Shown here: positions 8,793 to 19,500 of the stretch, one piece after another | Layout of the letters: the number at the start of each line of letters is the position of its first letter | Position numbering within the stretch: position 1 is the stretch's first letter | Assembly: GCA_965203905.1 (NCBI GenBank) | Contig: CBDBDQ010000005.1 | Location: 224,001 to 288,000 of the forward strand | Source: Spirochaetia bacterium | GTDB lineage: Bacteria; Spirochaetota; Spirochaetia; SZUA-6; Bin103 | Direction of reading: 5' to 3' | DNA: 64,000 bases | Made by a program: the position numbers and the translations under genes | Notes under the pieces: generated by a model | The model's database searches: none | Seen by the model: only the letters and a program-made list of their open reading frames with translations | What the model was told of the DNA's origin: nothing

Positions 8793-10565
8793 CTACGGGG
8801 ACGCTCCGTGGGCGGCCGTCGCGGCTGGCACGCGGACCGTGACAATATCCGTGTCATGATACTGCCGATGGCGCACCGCGGACGCCAGATGGCGCAGCAG
8901 ACGCAGTGACACATCCCGCTCGACCGAAGCCTCATCCGTGTGCTCGCGGAGTAGCGCGATTCGATCCTGCAGGTTATCCGCACCGGGTCCGAGCACGAAT
9001 TCGAGGACGGCGGCGCTCTCTTCCCGGTGCGCCGTCAGGAGCAGCCGGCGGTCACGTCCTGGCGCGCCTCCAGGTTCCTGCAGCAGTGTGAGCAGCGTCT
9101 CCTCAGCGGCGGCGGCGAGACGTTCGGCGAGTGCGGAATCCCACCCATTACGGGCCGCGAATGTACCGAGAAACTCCCGGATTCCCGGCACCACGGAGGG
9201 GTCGAACCGCGCCGCCTTGAAACGACTGCGGCGGGACTCCGACAGGGCCACGAACCCGGTCATGAGGATAGCCGTAAACCCTCCGGCGTTGGTCCCGTTG
9301 CGCAACAGGCCGCCGCCGAATTCCGAGATCAGTTCCGGGAACATGAAGCCATAGTGACAGCCGATCCCGATCAGAAGGGAGATGCCGATGATCAGTCCAT
9401 TGCGCGGATTGAGGCCATCCTGAACCACGATCCTCATGCCGATCAGGACGAGCAATGCCAGCAGCACGATGAGGTACCCGGCAAGTACCGGGTCCGGTAT
9501 CGCCAGAACCACGGCCAGTACCTTGGGCATGAACGCAAGGACGACGAATGCGGCGCCGGCCACGACCCCGAGGCCTCGGGCCGCGACGCCGGTAAGCTCG
9601 ATCAGCGGAACGCTGACCGAGTAGGTGCTGTTCGGAACGGTGCCCGCCAGACCGGAGACCAGCGTACCGAGGCCGTCCACGGTCACCGCCCCCTGCACCG
9701 CGCGGAAGTCCACCGCCCGGCGCCCGCGCCACGACACGCGTTGCACGGCGACGGCGCTGCTCATCGCGCGCACCGCGGCGATCACGGCGACCAGCAGGAA
9801 GGCCGGCAGCAGCGCCCAGAAACTCGACCCGAATTCGAGATCGAAACCCGGCCACCGGCCCCGTGGCAGGCCGATCCATGCGGCCCCTGCTAGGCGGCTC
9901 ACGTCGTACAGACCGAACCAGGCGCCGATCGCGGCTCCGGCACCCACCCCGACGATCGGCGCCCACAGGCGCCATGCCGGCGGTGCCTTCAGCGTCAGGC
10001 CGCCGATGAGGAGCACCGTCACCAGGGCGCTCAGCGGCGCGCCCGCTGCCGCGCTCCCGGCCGGTACGCTCGTCAGCAGGTCGCCGACGGCTGGCAGCAC
10101 CGTGACCGGAATCAGCATGAGCACGGTTCCCGAGACGGTGGGGGTCAGAATCCGCTGAAACGATGCAAGCCGCCAGGAAATCACCAGCGGGACGAACGCC
10201 GACAGGACGACCAGGGTGGCGAGCAGCGCCGGCCCGCCCTCCACCAGCGCCGTGATACTGATCGAGATGAAGGCCCCGGATGCCCCCATGACCAGCACGT
10301 GGCCCGCACCGATTCTGCCGATGCGCAACGCTTGCAGCATCGTGGTCATGCCGCACACCGCGACCGTGGCGTACACCGCCCAGGCAGCTGAGGCCTCGGA
10401 CGCATCGGCGGCCCGCATTACCACCGTCGGGATCAGTATGACCGCACCCAGGTTGAGTATCGCGAGCTGCAATCCGAGCCCGACGGTCAGCGCTGCCGGA
10501 GGCCGCTCGTCAGGCTCGTATCTGATGCCGTACGGAGCCCTGTCGAGGTGTCGCTGACGCGCCAA
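8793..10565 (-). CDS. supE: Xanthine/uracil (NCS2) family permease with soluble C-terminal extension (SupE-like)
   Basis: GLQ..., TMLQ...IG.G, PTVSGTV, ELTGVAAR, PK...L.AIP NCS2 motifs; TTG start directly downstream of the PKS. Confidence 0.8.
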   Translation of the reverse strand: MARQRHLDRAPYGIRYEPDERPPAALTVGLGLQLAILNLGAVILIPTVVMRAADASEASAAWAVYATVAVCGMTTMLQALRIGRIGAGHVLVMGASGAFISISITALVEGGPALLATLVVLSAFVPLVISWRLASFQRILTPTVSGTVLMLIPVTVLPAVGDLLTSVPAGSAAAGAPLSALVTVLLIGGLTLKAPPAWRLWAPIVGVGAGAAIGAWFGLYDVSRLAGAAWIGLPRGRWPGFDLEFGSSFWALLPAFLLVAVIAAVRAMSSAVAVQRVSWRGRRAVDFRAVQGAVTVDGLGTLVSGLAGTVPNSTYSVSVPLIELTGVAARGLGVVAGAAFVVLAFMPKVLAVVLAIPDPVLAGYLIVLLALLVLIGMRIVVQDGLNPRNGLIIGISLLIGIGCHYGFMFPELISEFGGGLLRNGTNAGGFTAILMTGFVALSESRRSRFKAARFDPSVVPGIREFLGTFAARNGWDSALAERLAAAAEETLLTLLQEPGGAPGRDRRLLLTAHREESAAVLEFVLGPGADNLQDRIALLREHTDEASVERDVSLRLLRHLASAVRHRQYHDTDIVTVRVPAATAAHGASP

Positions 10566-10577
10566 TCCGACTGGCTC

Positions 10578-13500
10578 CTAGCGCGTGTCTATCCAGTGGC
10601 GCCGGCGCTGGAACGGATAGCTCGGCAGGGAGATCCGGCGCCGCGACTCTCCCGCAAACAACCCCGCGAAGGAAACGGAAAGTCCCGCCACGTAGGCGGC
10701 CGCGACAGCCTCGGCGAAGGTGGCGTCCCCGGCGTCCGGCGCAGCGTCGCCGGGTGACTCGGCGCTGCTCGCCCGCACCACCGGAATGCCGCAGCCATCC
10801 GCCAGCGCGTCCGGCAGCGCGCGCGGCGCCGTCTCCACGATCGCCTCGATCCCCAGATCGGCGAGCGTCCTCAGGCAGGTGGCGATCGCCGGTCGTGGCG
10901 CCGGTGATCGCCACTCGGCAACGTCAACGGTCGCCCCCGGCTCGACAATGCGGCCGGTGGAGCAATCCACCAGTGGAGGGGTCCCGCCGGTCAGCGCGAC
11001 CGATGTCGGCTCGCCCGTGCCGCGTTCGGCGGCGGCCAGGCGCAACCCCTCCTCCAGGTCCAACATTCCCGTCGCCTGCGCCGCAGCCAGCGCCCCCAAC
11101 CCGTGCCCGATCACGGCACTTGGCCGGATTCCCACACTCGACCAGAGCGCCGTCAGCGCGCACTGCAGCGCGTAGATCGCCGACCGGGTCCACGCCTCGC
11201 CGTCCAGGTGCCTCGTCGCCCCGTGCCGTTCGCACATCGCCTCCAGCAGGGAGGCGCCGCGCACCGGTCTCAGCGTGTCGTCGCAACGATCCAGCACGGC
11301 GCGCACCACCGGCTCGTTGGCATACAGCTTCGCGCCAATCTCCAGCCAGTGGCCGGCTTGCCCGGTGTAGGCAAACGCCATCTTCGTGGCTGTCCGCGGC
11401 TCAGCGAACTCCGGCGCCTCAGCCAGCGCCAGTAGTCGTTGCCGCAGCGATTCGGCATCGCGGAACACCACCGCTGCCCGGTGGGCAAAGTGGCTGCGTC
11501 CGACGCCCGCGGTCCAAGCCATGTCCGCGAGCAAGCCATCACCGGCGCCGCCTTGCAGTTCTCCACTCCGTTCGTCGAGCCAAGTCAGATAGCGCCCGAC
11601 CAGCTCGCGCAACGCGTCATCCGACTTGGCCGACAACGGCAGCAGGCGCACCGCGTGCGGTTTCAGTCCCTCCTGCTGCGCCGCCACCTGGTGTGCGGCT
11701 CCGACGGGCCACCGCCACTCCTCGGTGCCGCTTGCCGCCTGGTACGCCTCCACCACGACGTGGGCGTTGGTGCCGGATACACCGAACGCGCTCACCCCGG
11801 CGCGCCGTGTTCGGCCGCCGTTCGCGGGCCAATCGGTCGGCCGCCCGGTAACCCGTACCGGCAACCGGTCCCAGTCCAGGTTCGGGTTCGGGTCATGGAA
11901 GTGCAAGTGCCGCGGAATCACTCCGCGCTGCATCGCCAGCACGGTCTTGATGAGACCGGCCATTCCGGCGGCCGACTCCAGGTGGCCGAGGTTGGTCTTC
12001 ACCGAGCCGATCAACAGCGGTTGGTCCGCCGCCCGGCCCCGCCCGTACACCGCTGCCGCCGCCTGCACCTCGATCGTGTCGCCGAGTTCCGACCCCGCCC
12101 CGTGGGCCTCCAGGTAGTCCACTTCCGACGGCGCTACCCCGGCACACGTGAGTGCCGCTTCGATAACCCGCTCCTGCGCCGGGCCGTTCGGCACGGTCGG
12201 TCCAGCGCTCGCCCCGTTCTGGTTGACCGCCGTGCCGCGGACTACGCCCCAGATGCGGTCGCCGTCCGCCTCCGCGTCATCAAGCCGCTTCAGCACGACC
12301 ATCCCGCAGCCCTCGCTGCGCACGAATCCGGCCGCTGCGGCATCGAAGGTTTTGCAGCGGCCGTCGGGAGACAGCATCCTCAACTCGGCCATCTCTCTGG
12401 TCAGGCCGGCCGACAGCACCGCGTTCACGCCTCCCACCAGGGCCAGATCCACTTCACCCTGGCGCAAGGCGGTGACCGCCTGGTGCACCGCCACCAGCGA
12501 CGACGCGCAGTTCAGCACCACCGGCATGGTCGGCCCCTCCAGACCCAACTGGAAGGCAACGCGTCCGACCGCCATGCTCCCGGCGGTGCCCAGGTAGTTG
12601 ACGTCCGCGCTGCCGGCACGCATCAGGTCCCGGTACTCGCTGGGGGCAATGCCGGCAATCACGCCGGTGCGCGTGCCCCGCAACCGGTCCGGATCGATCC
12701 CCGCGTCGTCGAGCGCCTGCCAACTCGTCTCCAGCAGCATCCGTTGCTGCGGATCCATCGTTCGCGCCCCGATCGGCGGAATCCCGAAGAAGCGTGCGTC
12801 GAAGCGGTCGATGCCGTCGACAAACCCGCCGCGCCGGGCGAAGCTATCTTCCAGCGCGGGGTCTCCGGAAACACCACTCCAGGAACCGCCATCGCGCCGG
12901 CCCTCGGTCACGGCGTCCACACCGGCTTCGAGCTGATGCCAGAAGGCCGCCAGATCGGGAGCGCCGGGGAAACGGCAGGCCATGCCGACGATCGCGATGC
13001 CGTCACCCGTGCGTTCCCCGGAAGAGGGCGGCGACGCCGGCGGCTCGGGCTCCGACTGGGGCGCCGTCGCGGCGGCGGGCTCGCCGAGCGCGTCGACGAG
13101 GTGACCGGCCAGTGCGGCGATGTCCGGGTAGTCGAACACCACGGTATTGGGCGCCACGTACTCCCCGGCACACGCCCGACCAAGACGGTTGCGCAGTTCT
13201 ACCGCCATCAGCGAGTCCATGCCGAGCTCGAAGAACCCCACCGTTGGGGCCGGCGGCGACGGCAGCCTGAGCACCGACTGCACCTCGCGCTGCAGGAACG
13301 ACACCGCCACACCCGTGCGCTCCTCCTCTGGAGCGCTGCGCAGGCGCGAAGGCAGGTCGTCGGACGCGTCGGCGCCATCCGTTCCAGCCTCGGCGATGGC
13401 CGCAAGCTGATCCTCCAGCAGCGGCGGACGGCCGTCGAGCATCTCCCCGAACAGCGGCCAGTCGACCGCCATCACCGCGGCAGCCGTGGAGTCCGCGCGC

Positions 13501-16500
13501 AGCAGCCGGTCGAACGCCCTCAGCCCCTGCTCGACGCTGATCCAGCCGGCTCCGGATGCGGCCCGGCGCCCGGCAATCCGTTCCCGCTGCTCCTCGGCTT
13601 CGCCGAGCCCCGACCACGCCCCCCAGGCGATCGTTTGACCGGGGAGTCCGAGCGCGCGCCGGTGCGCCGCGAGCTGATCGAGGAACGCATTGGCCGCCGC
13701 GTGATTCGCCTGACCCGGATTGCCCAGTACGCCCGCGACGCTCGAGAACAGCACGAAGAGGTCCAGATCGCGTGCCGCGGTCGCGCGGTGCAGGTGCCAG
13801 GCGCCCAGCACCTTGGGCCAGAGCACCTGCTCGAACCGCTGCCAGCTCTGGTTGCCGAGCGCGGCGTCGGCCAGCACGCCGACGCTGTGGATCACGCCCG
13901 CGAGGGGCGGCAGCTCCCGGTCCATGCGCGCCAGCATCGCGTCCAGCGCCGCCGCGTCGGTCACGTCCGCCATTTCGACCTGCACCGTGGCGCCGCGATC
14001 CCGGAGCGTGGCGATGATTTCCTCCGCGGCCGCGTCCGGCGCCCGCCGGCCGTTCAGGACGATCGCGCCGGCGCCCCGTTCCACGAGCCAGCCGGCCACG
14101 GCGCAGCCGATCCCACCCAGACCGCCGGTCACCAGGTAGGTCCGGTCTCGGCGCAACTCTCCACTCGCGAGCGGCGGCGAGGTGAGAACGATCTTGCCGA
14201 TGTGGCGGGCGTCGCGCATGAATCCCATCGCCGCGCCCGCCTCGGCAAGCGGCCACAGGCTGTGTACCAGGGGGCTCAACTCGCCCGCCGCAAGCCTGGC
14301 CATCACCTGCTGCAGGGCGGCTCCCGCACGCGCGGGATCGTCCTGCTTCAGTACATCCAACTCCAGAATGGAGTAGGCGACATCCGGCCGCACCACCGCC
14401 ATTTCTTCCTTGCTCAAGATGTCGCGCCGGGACAACTCCACGAACCGTCCGCCGTGCGCCAGACAGGACAGGCTGGCCGCGATGAAGCCTTCTCCGGTCA
14501 GGCTGTTCAACACCACGTCGACACCCGTGCCACCGGTAGCTTCGAGGATCTCTTTCCCGAACGCCGTCGAGCGGCTGTCGCACACGCGGCTTGCGCCGAG
14601 CGACCGCAGGAAAGCCCGCTTCGGCGCGCTGGCAGTCGCAAAGACCTCCGCTCGGGCAGCTTGCGCCAGTTGGATCGCCGCCAGCCCCACACCCCCCGCG
14701 CCGGTGTGAACCAGAACCCGTTCGCCGGGGCGCAACTCCGCCAGATCGTAAGCCAGGGCCGCCGTCACGAACGCCGTCGGCATGGTGGCCAGCGCTGCGA
14801 CCGGTAGCGTGGCCGGCGCATGCGCCACCAGCTCTTCGCGGGTAACCGCCTGCGGTCCGAATGTCCCGAACGCGAGACCCACTACGCGGTCGCCCACGGC
14901 AACGGCGGTCACCTCGGAGCCGACCTCGACGATCCGGCCGCACAGCTCCTCGCCGAGGGGCCCCTCGCCGATGACGCGGATCCCCCGCAGCACGTCCTGG
15001 AAGTTCAGGCCGCGGGCTTCCACCTCGACGCGCACTTCCTTTGGCTCCAGGGATGGCGCCGGCCGCGGTTCGGGGTGGAGGTTCTCCAGCGCACCGCCGG
15101 GGTCGGGCGCCAGCACCCAGTCCGACCCCGCCGGCAGCACGAGACGCCCGGCCGTGGCGCCTGCCCGCGCCAGACGCGCGACCTGGCGGCGCCCGGCGCG
15201 GTACGCGATGTGATCCTCCGCGCCGGGGGACAGCAGCTCACTTGCCAGATCGGCCACCGCGATCGGGGCGTCGGGGTCGAGATCGATCATCCGCGCCTGC
15301 AGATGGGGCGCCTCGCGGGACACCACCTTGCCGAAGCCCCACAGCGTCGCGCCGGCGAGTTCGCCGCCGCGCTCCCGCTCCAGCACCTGCGCGCCACGGG
15401 TTACGAACCACACCCCGGAGGCGGTTGCCGCATCGGCGTCGGCCAGCCCCTGCACCAGCGCCAGGGCGCTCCCCGCCACGCGACGCGTGTCCTGCGCCAT
15501 CTCAGCGGCGGTCGCATGCGAGCCGTGACCATCCAGCGCCGCGAAGTGCACCACGCCGCCGAGCGGCACGCCGGCCGGCAGGTCCGCGACGAGCGAACGC
15601 CAGGACTCACGCCGCAGCACGTCGACGGCGCGCATTACAACTCCGCGTTCGTCCGCGGCGAATGCGCCGTCGGTAGGCGACTCGCCGCTCGCCACCACCA
15701 CCGCCTGGTTCTGCGCCGCGAGCTGTGCCGCAAGCTCCACCGCCACCCCGCAACGGTCCGCGACCACCAGCCATGCGCTCCGCGGCGGAGTCACTTCTGC
15801 CGGCCCCCGCGCCACGATCACGCCGCGATCGGGCAACACGTCCGCGTCCGACTCGTCCACCCCCAGAATCTCGATCTCCCCGAAGCCCGCATCGGCGAGC
15901 GCCTGCCGCCACACGGCCGGCCCGGCGAGGGCATGGTGCGGTCGATAGCGATCGGCAAACCGCCACCAGCCGTCCAACTGACCGAAGACGAGATCCATCC
16001 AGGCACGTGCGCGCTGGTTCTCGAGCGCCACGAGCTGCCCGGATGGGGCGAGCAGTTGCCGGCAGTGGTTCAGCGTCTCGTTCAGGTAGCGGGTGGCGTG
16101 CAGGACGTTGGCGGCAATCACCAGATCATAGCCGTACGCATCGAAGCCCTGGGCCAACGGATCCGTCTCAATGTCCAACACCCGGTAGGCGATCGGGGCG
16201 CCGCTGTCGGCGAATCGCGCTTCCGCTTCGGCAAAGAAGCCCGCCGAGATGTCGGTGTAGGTGTAGTCGAACCGACCGGCCGGCAGTGCCGGCAGGACGC
16301 AGGATGTCGCCGATCCGGTTCCCGCGCCGACCTCCAGCACGCGCAGCCGCCGGCCTTCCGGTAGATCGGCCACGAGTGCGGAAACCGCGTCGCCCAGCAT
16401 CCGATTGGCCGCTCGCCACACCGGCGCCTTGCGATACAAATCGGCCGCGTTCGGCTCCACCTCGCCGAACAGCAGCCCCAACGGATCCTCCCGTCCGCGC

Positions 16501-19500
16501 AGCACGTCCGGCAAGGCACCGGCGCAGCGCCGAAACAGCGCGATCTCGTGCACCGCGTGAGGGTAGCGTTCGCTCATGCCGCGTGCGAATCGTTCGGGAT
16601 CGGGCGGCACGTCCTGCGGCAACGAGTCCTCGATTCCGGTCACCACGACGAAACCGTCGTCCTGCTCCGCCAGCACCCCGGCACGGGCCAGCAGTTCCAG
16701 CATGCGGCGGAACAGGCGGGCGTGTTCGGCTTCGACCCGCAGCTTCTGGCGGAGCTCGTCGGCGTCGATTACCGCGCCCGCCGGCCGCTGCCATCCAAGC
16801 TTGTCGAGAGTCGCAAGCGCATAGCACGCGGCAACCCGCTCCTGGTCCGCGATCAGCGCGGCCCGGTCCCGAGCCGCAACCCCCTCCGCTGCGAGGAAGT
16901 CGGTGAACAGGCGCGAATCCGCCGCGACGCTTGACGGCTGCCGAAGAAACCCAGCCGGCAGCACGCTCGGGGCCAGCGCGCGGTCCCGCCACACCACTTC
17001 GTACAGCAGCTCCTGCACCCCTTCGACGGCCGCAAGCAGCGCCGACCGGGTCGCCCGCTTCACCAGATACCCACGCAGCTCACCGGCCAGCATTCCGCCC
17101 GCGTGGTAGATCAGCAGGTCCGCGGTCAGGACCTCGGGCTCCTCGCTGTGCCCTTCCGGCACCGGTGCGGGCGGGGGCTGGGACATGCGCAGATGGCAGA
17201 TCAACCGATCCGGCAGTGGCCCTCGCAACCACAGCCGCTGCCAGCCGAACGGCAGGTAGGTGGCCCGGACGGCGCCGGCAGGGCTCCACGCGGCCGCCAT
17301 TACCTGAAAGCAGCCATCGAGCAGCAGCGGATGGACTGTCAGCCCGTTGCGGCCCAGCTCCTCCGGGAACTCCACCTCGGCCACCGCCTCGCCGGCCCCG
17401 GACCAGACCCGCCGCAGCGTGCGGAACGACGCACCGAGCTCGATCCCGACACCCGCCTTGGCACGGTAGAAGGCCGGTACGTCCACCGGCTCCATGCCCG
17501 CCTTGAGCGTTTCCAGGTTCACGTGAGAGGGCGCGGCCGGCGTGCGGGCGGCGGTCCCGGAAGCAACCTGCGCTTCCGCGTGAAGGGTCCAGCCCTCGTC
17601 GTCCGGCCCCCGGCTGAGGATCTGCACGCGGCGGGGTGCTTCCTCGGTTGCGTCGAGGAGCACCTGGACCCTGCGCGCCGCCGCGGCGCCGGCCCCGTCC
17701 GCCGCGTCCCCTTCCGGGAGCAGCAGCGGGCTGTGCAGTTGCATCTCCTCGACGACGGCCGCTCCGCCGCCCTCGGCAGCGGCGGCCGCCGCTGCCATGG
17801 CGCCGTAGAGCGCGCCCGGCGCCAGCAGCCGGCCGAACACCCGGTGATCGGCCAGCCACGCCGGATCGTCCGGCAGCAACTCGGTGTCGAATGCCACCTC
17901 ACCGCGCGCCGACTCGTGCCGCTCGCCCAGCAGCGGGTGGCCGGCGCCCGCCCGGCGCCGGCGCGGCGCCGGGACCCAGTGGCGCGCGCGCTGAAACGGA
18001 TACCCCGGCAGCGAGATGCGCCTGCGCTCCTCGCCCGCGAACAGCCCCTCGAACCGGATCGGGAGCCCAGCCTCGTAGGCGCCGGCGACCGCCGCCGCGA
18101 ACGCGCCTTCCACCTCTGCGGGCGGCGTGTCGCGCGCGGGGCGCCGCAGGCTGGCCAGCACCGCCGGCGCTGCATCCGGCGCAGCCGCCGGCCACGCCAG
18201 GACCGCCATCGGCCCCAGTACCGCATGCGGGCCGAGCTCCACGAGCGCCTCCACGCCGAGCTCGGCCAGGGTCTCCACCGCCTGGCGAAACTGCACCTTC
18301 TCGCGCGCGTGGCGGCGCCAGTAGGCGGCGTCCGGCACCGTGCCCGGCGCCAGCAGGCGGCCGCTCAGGTTGCTCACCAGGGGAACCGCCGGGGCCGCGA
18401 ACGTGACCCGCTCCAGCGCAGCCTCCAGGTCATCCAGGGCCGGCTCCACCAGCGCGCTGTGGTAGGCGGGGCTGTGGCGCAGCAATCTTACTCGCACCTG
18501 CTCCGTCTCGAACCGCTCCAGGATCGCCGCGACGTCCGCCGCCGGACCGCTGAGCACCTGGTTCGAGCCGTTGTCCACGGCCACGCACAGCCCCATTCCG
18601 GTGGCGGCTGCGTTGTGTTCCTCCACCGCCGCCGCGACCCGCCGGGCCGGCGCGAACACCACCGCCATCGCTCCCGCCTCGGGCAGCTCCCCGATCAGGG
18701 CGCCGCGCGCCGCCGCGAAGCGCAGCCCGTCCTCCAGGCTGAACACGCCCGCAGTCTGCGCCGCCGCAATCTCGCCCAGGCTGTGCCCGACCACCACGTC
18801 CGGGCGAATCCCCAGGCTCGCCCACAGCGCGGCCAGCGCGCACTCCAGCGCGTAGATCGCGGGCTGCTTCCAGGCCGGCTCATCCAGACTGCCGGCAGCA
18901 CCCGGGCGCCCGAACATGACGTCCAGCAGGGAGGCGCCACGCTCGGCACGCAGCAGCGCATCGCAGCGGTCCAGCACGGCGCGCACCACCGGCTCGCTCG
19001 CGTAGAGCGTCTGTCCCATACCGGCCCACTGGCTGGCCTGCCCGGTAAAGGCGAAGGCTACCTTCGGCGCCGCCTTCGCCGCCGAACGCGGCGCCGCGCC
19101 GGCGTCCGGCTCGGCCACCGCGAGCAATCCCTCGCGCAGCGACTCCGCGTCGCGGAACACCACGCCGGCGCGGTAGCTGAAGTGGCCGCGGCCGACCCCG
19201 GCCGTCCAGGCCAGATCCGACAGCGGCGGGTCGGCTGCGGCACCGCCCCCGTCCAGTTCCGCGCCGTGCTCGTCGAGCCAGCCCAGGTATCCGCGTGCCA
19301 GGTCGTGCAGCGCCGCCTCCGACTTGGCCGACAGCGGCAGGAACCGGCACGCACGGGCGGCGAGCCCGTCACGGGGCGCCGGCACCTCGGCGACCGGCGC
19401 GGGCAGCGACACGGCAATCCGTTTGGCGGGGCCGGCGGCCCAGTGCGCTTGCTCGACGCCGGGGCGGGCGCCGTTCCCCTCCAACACCAGGTGCGCGTTG

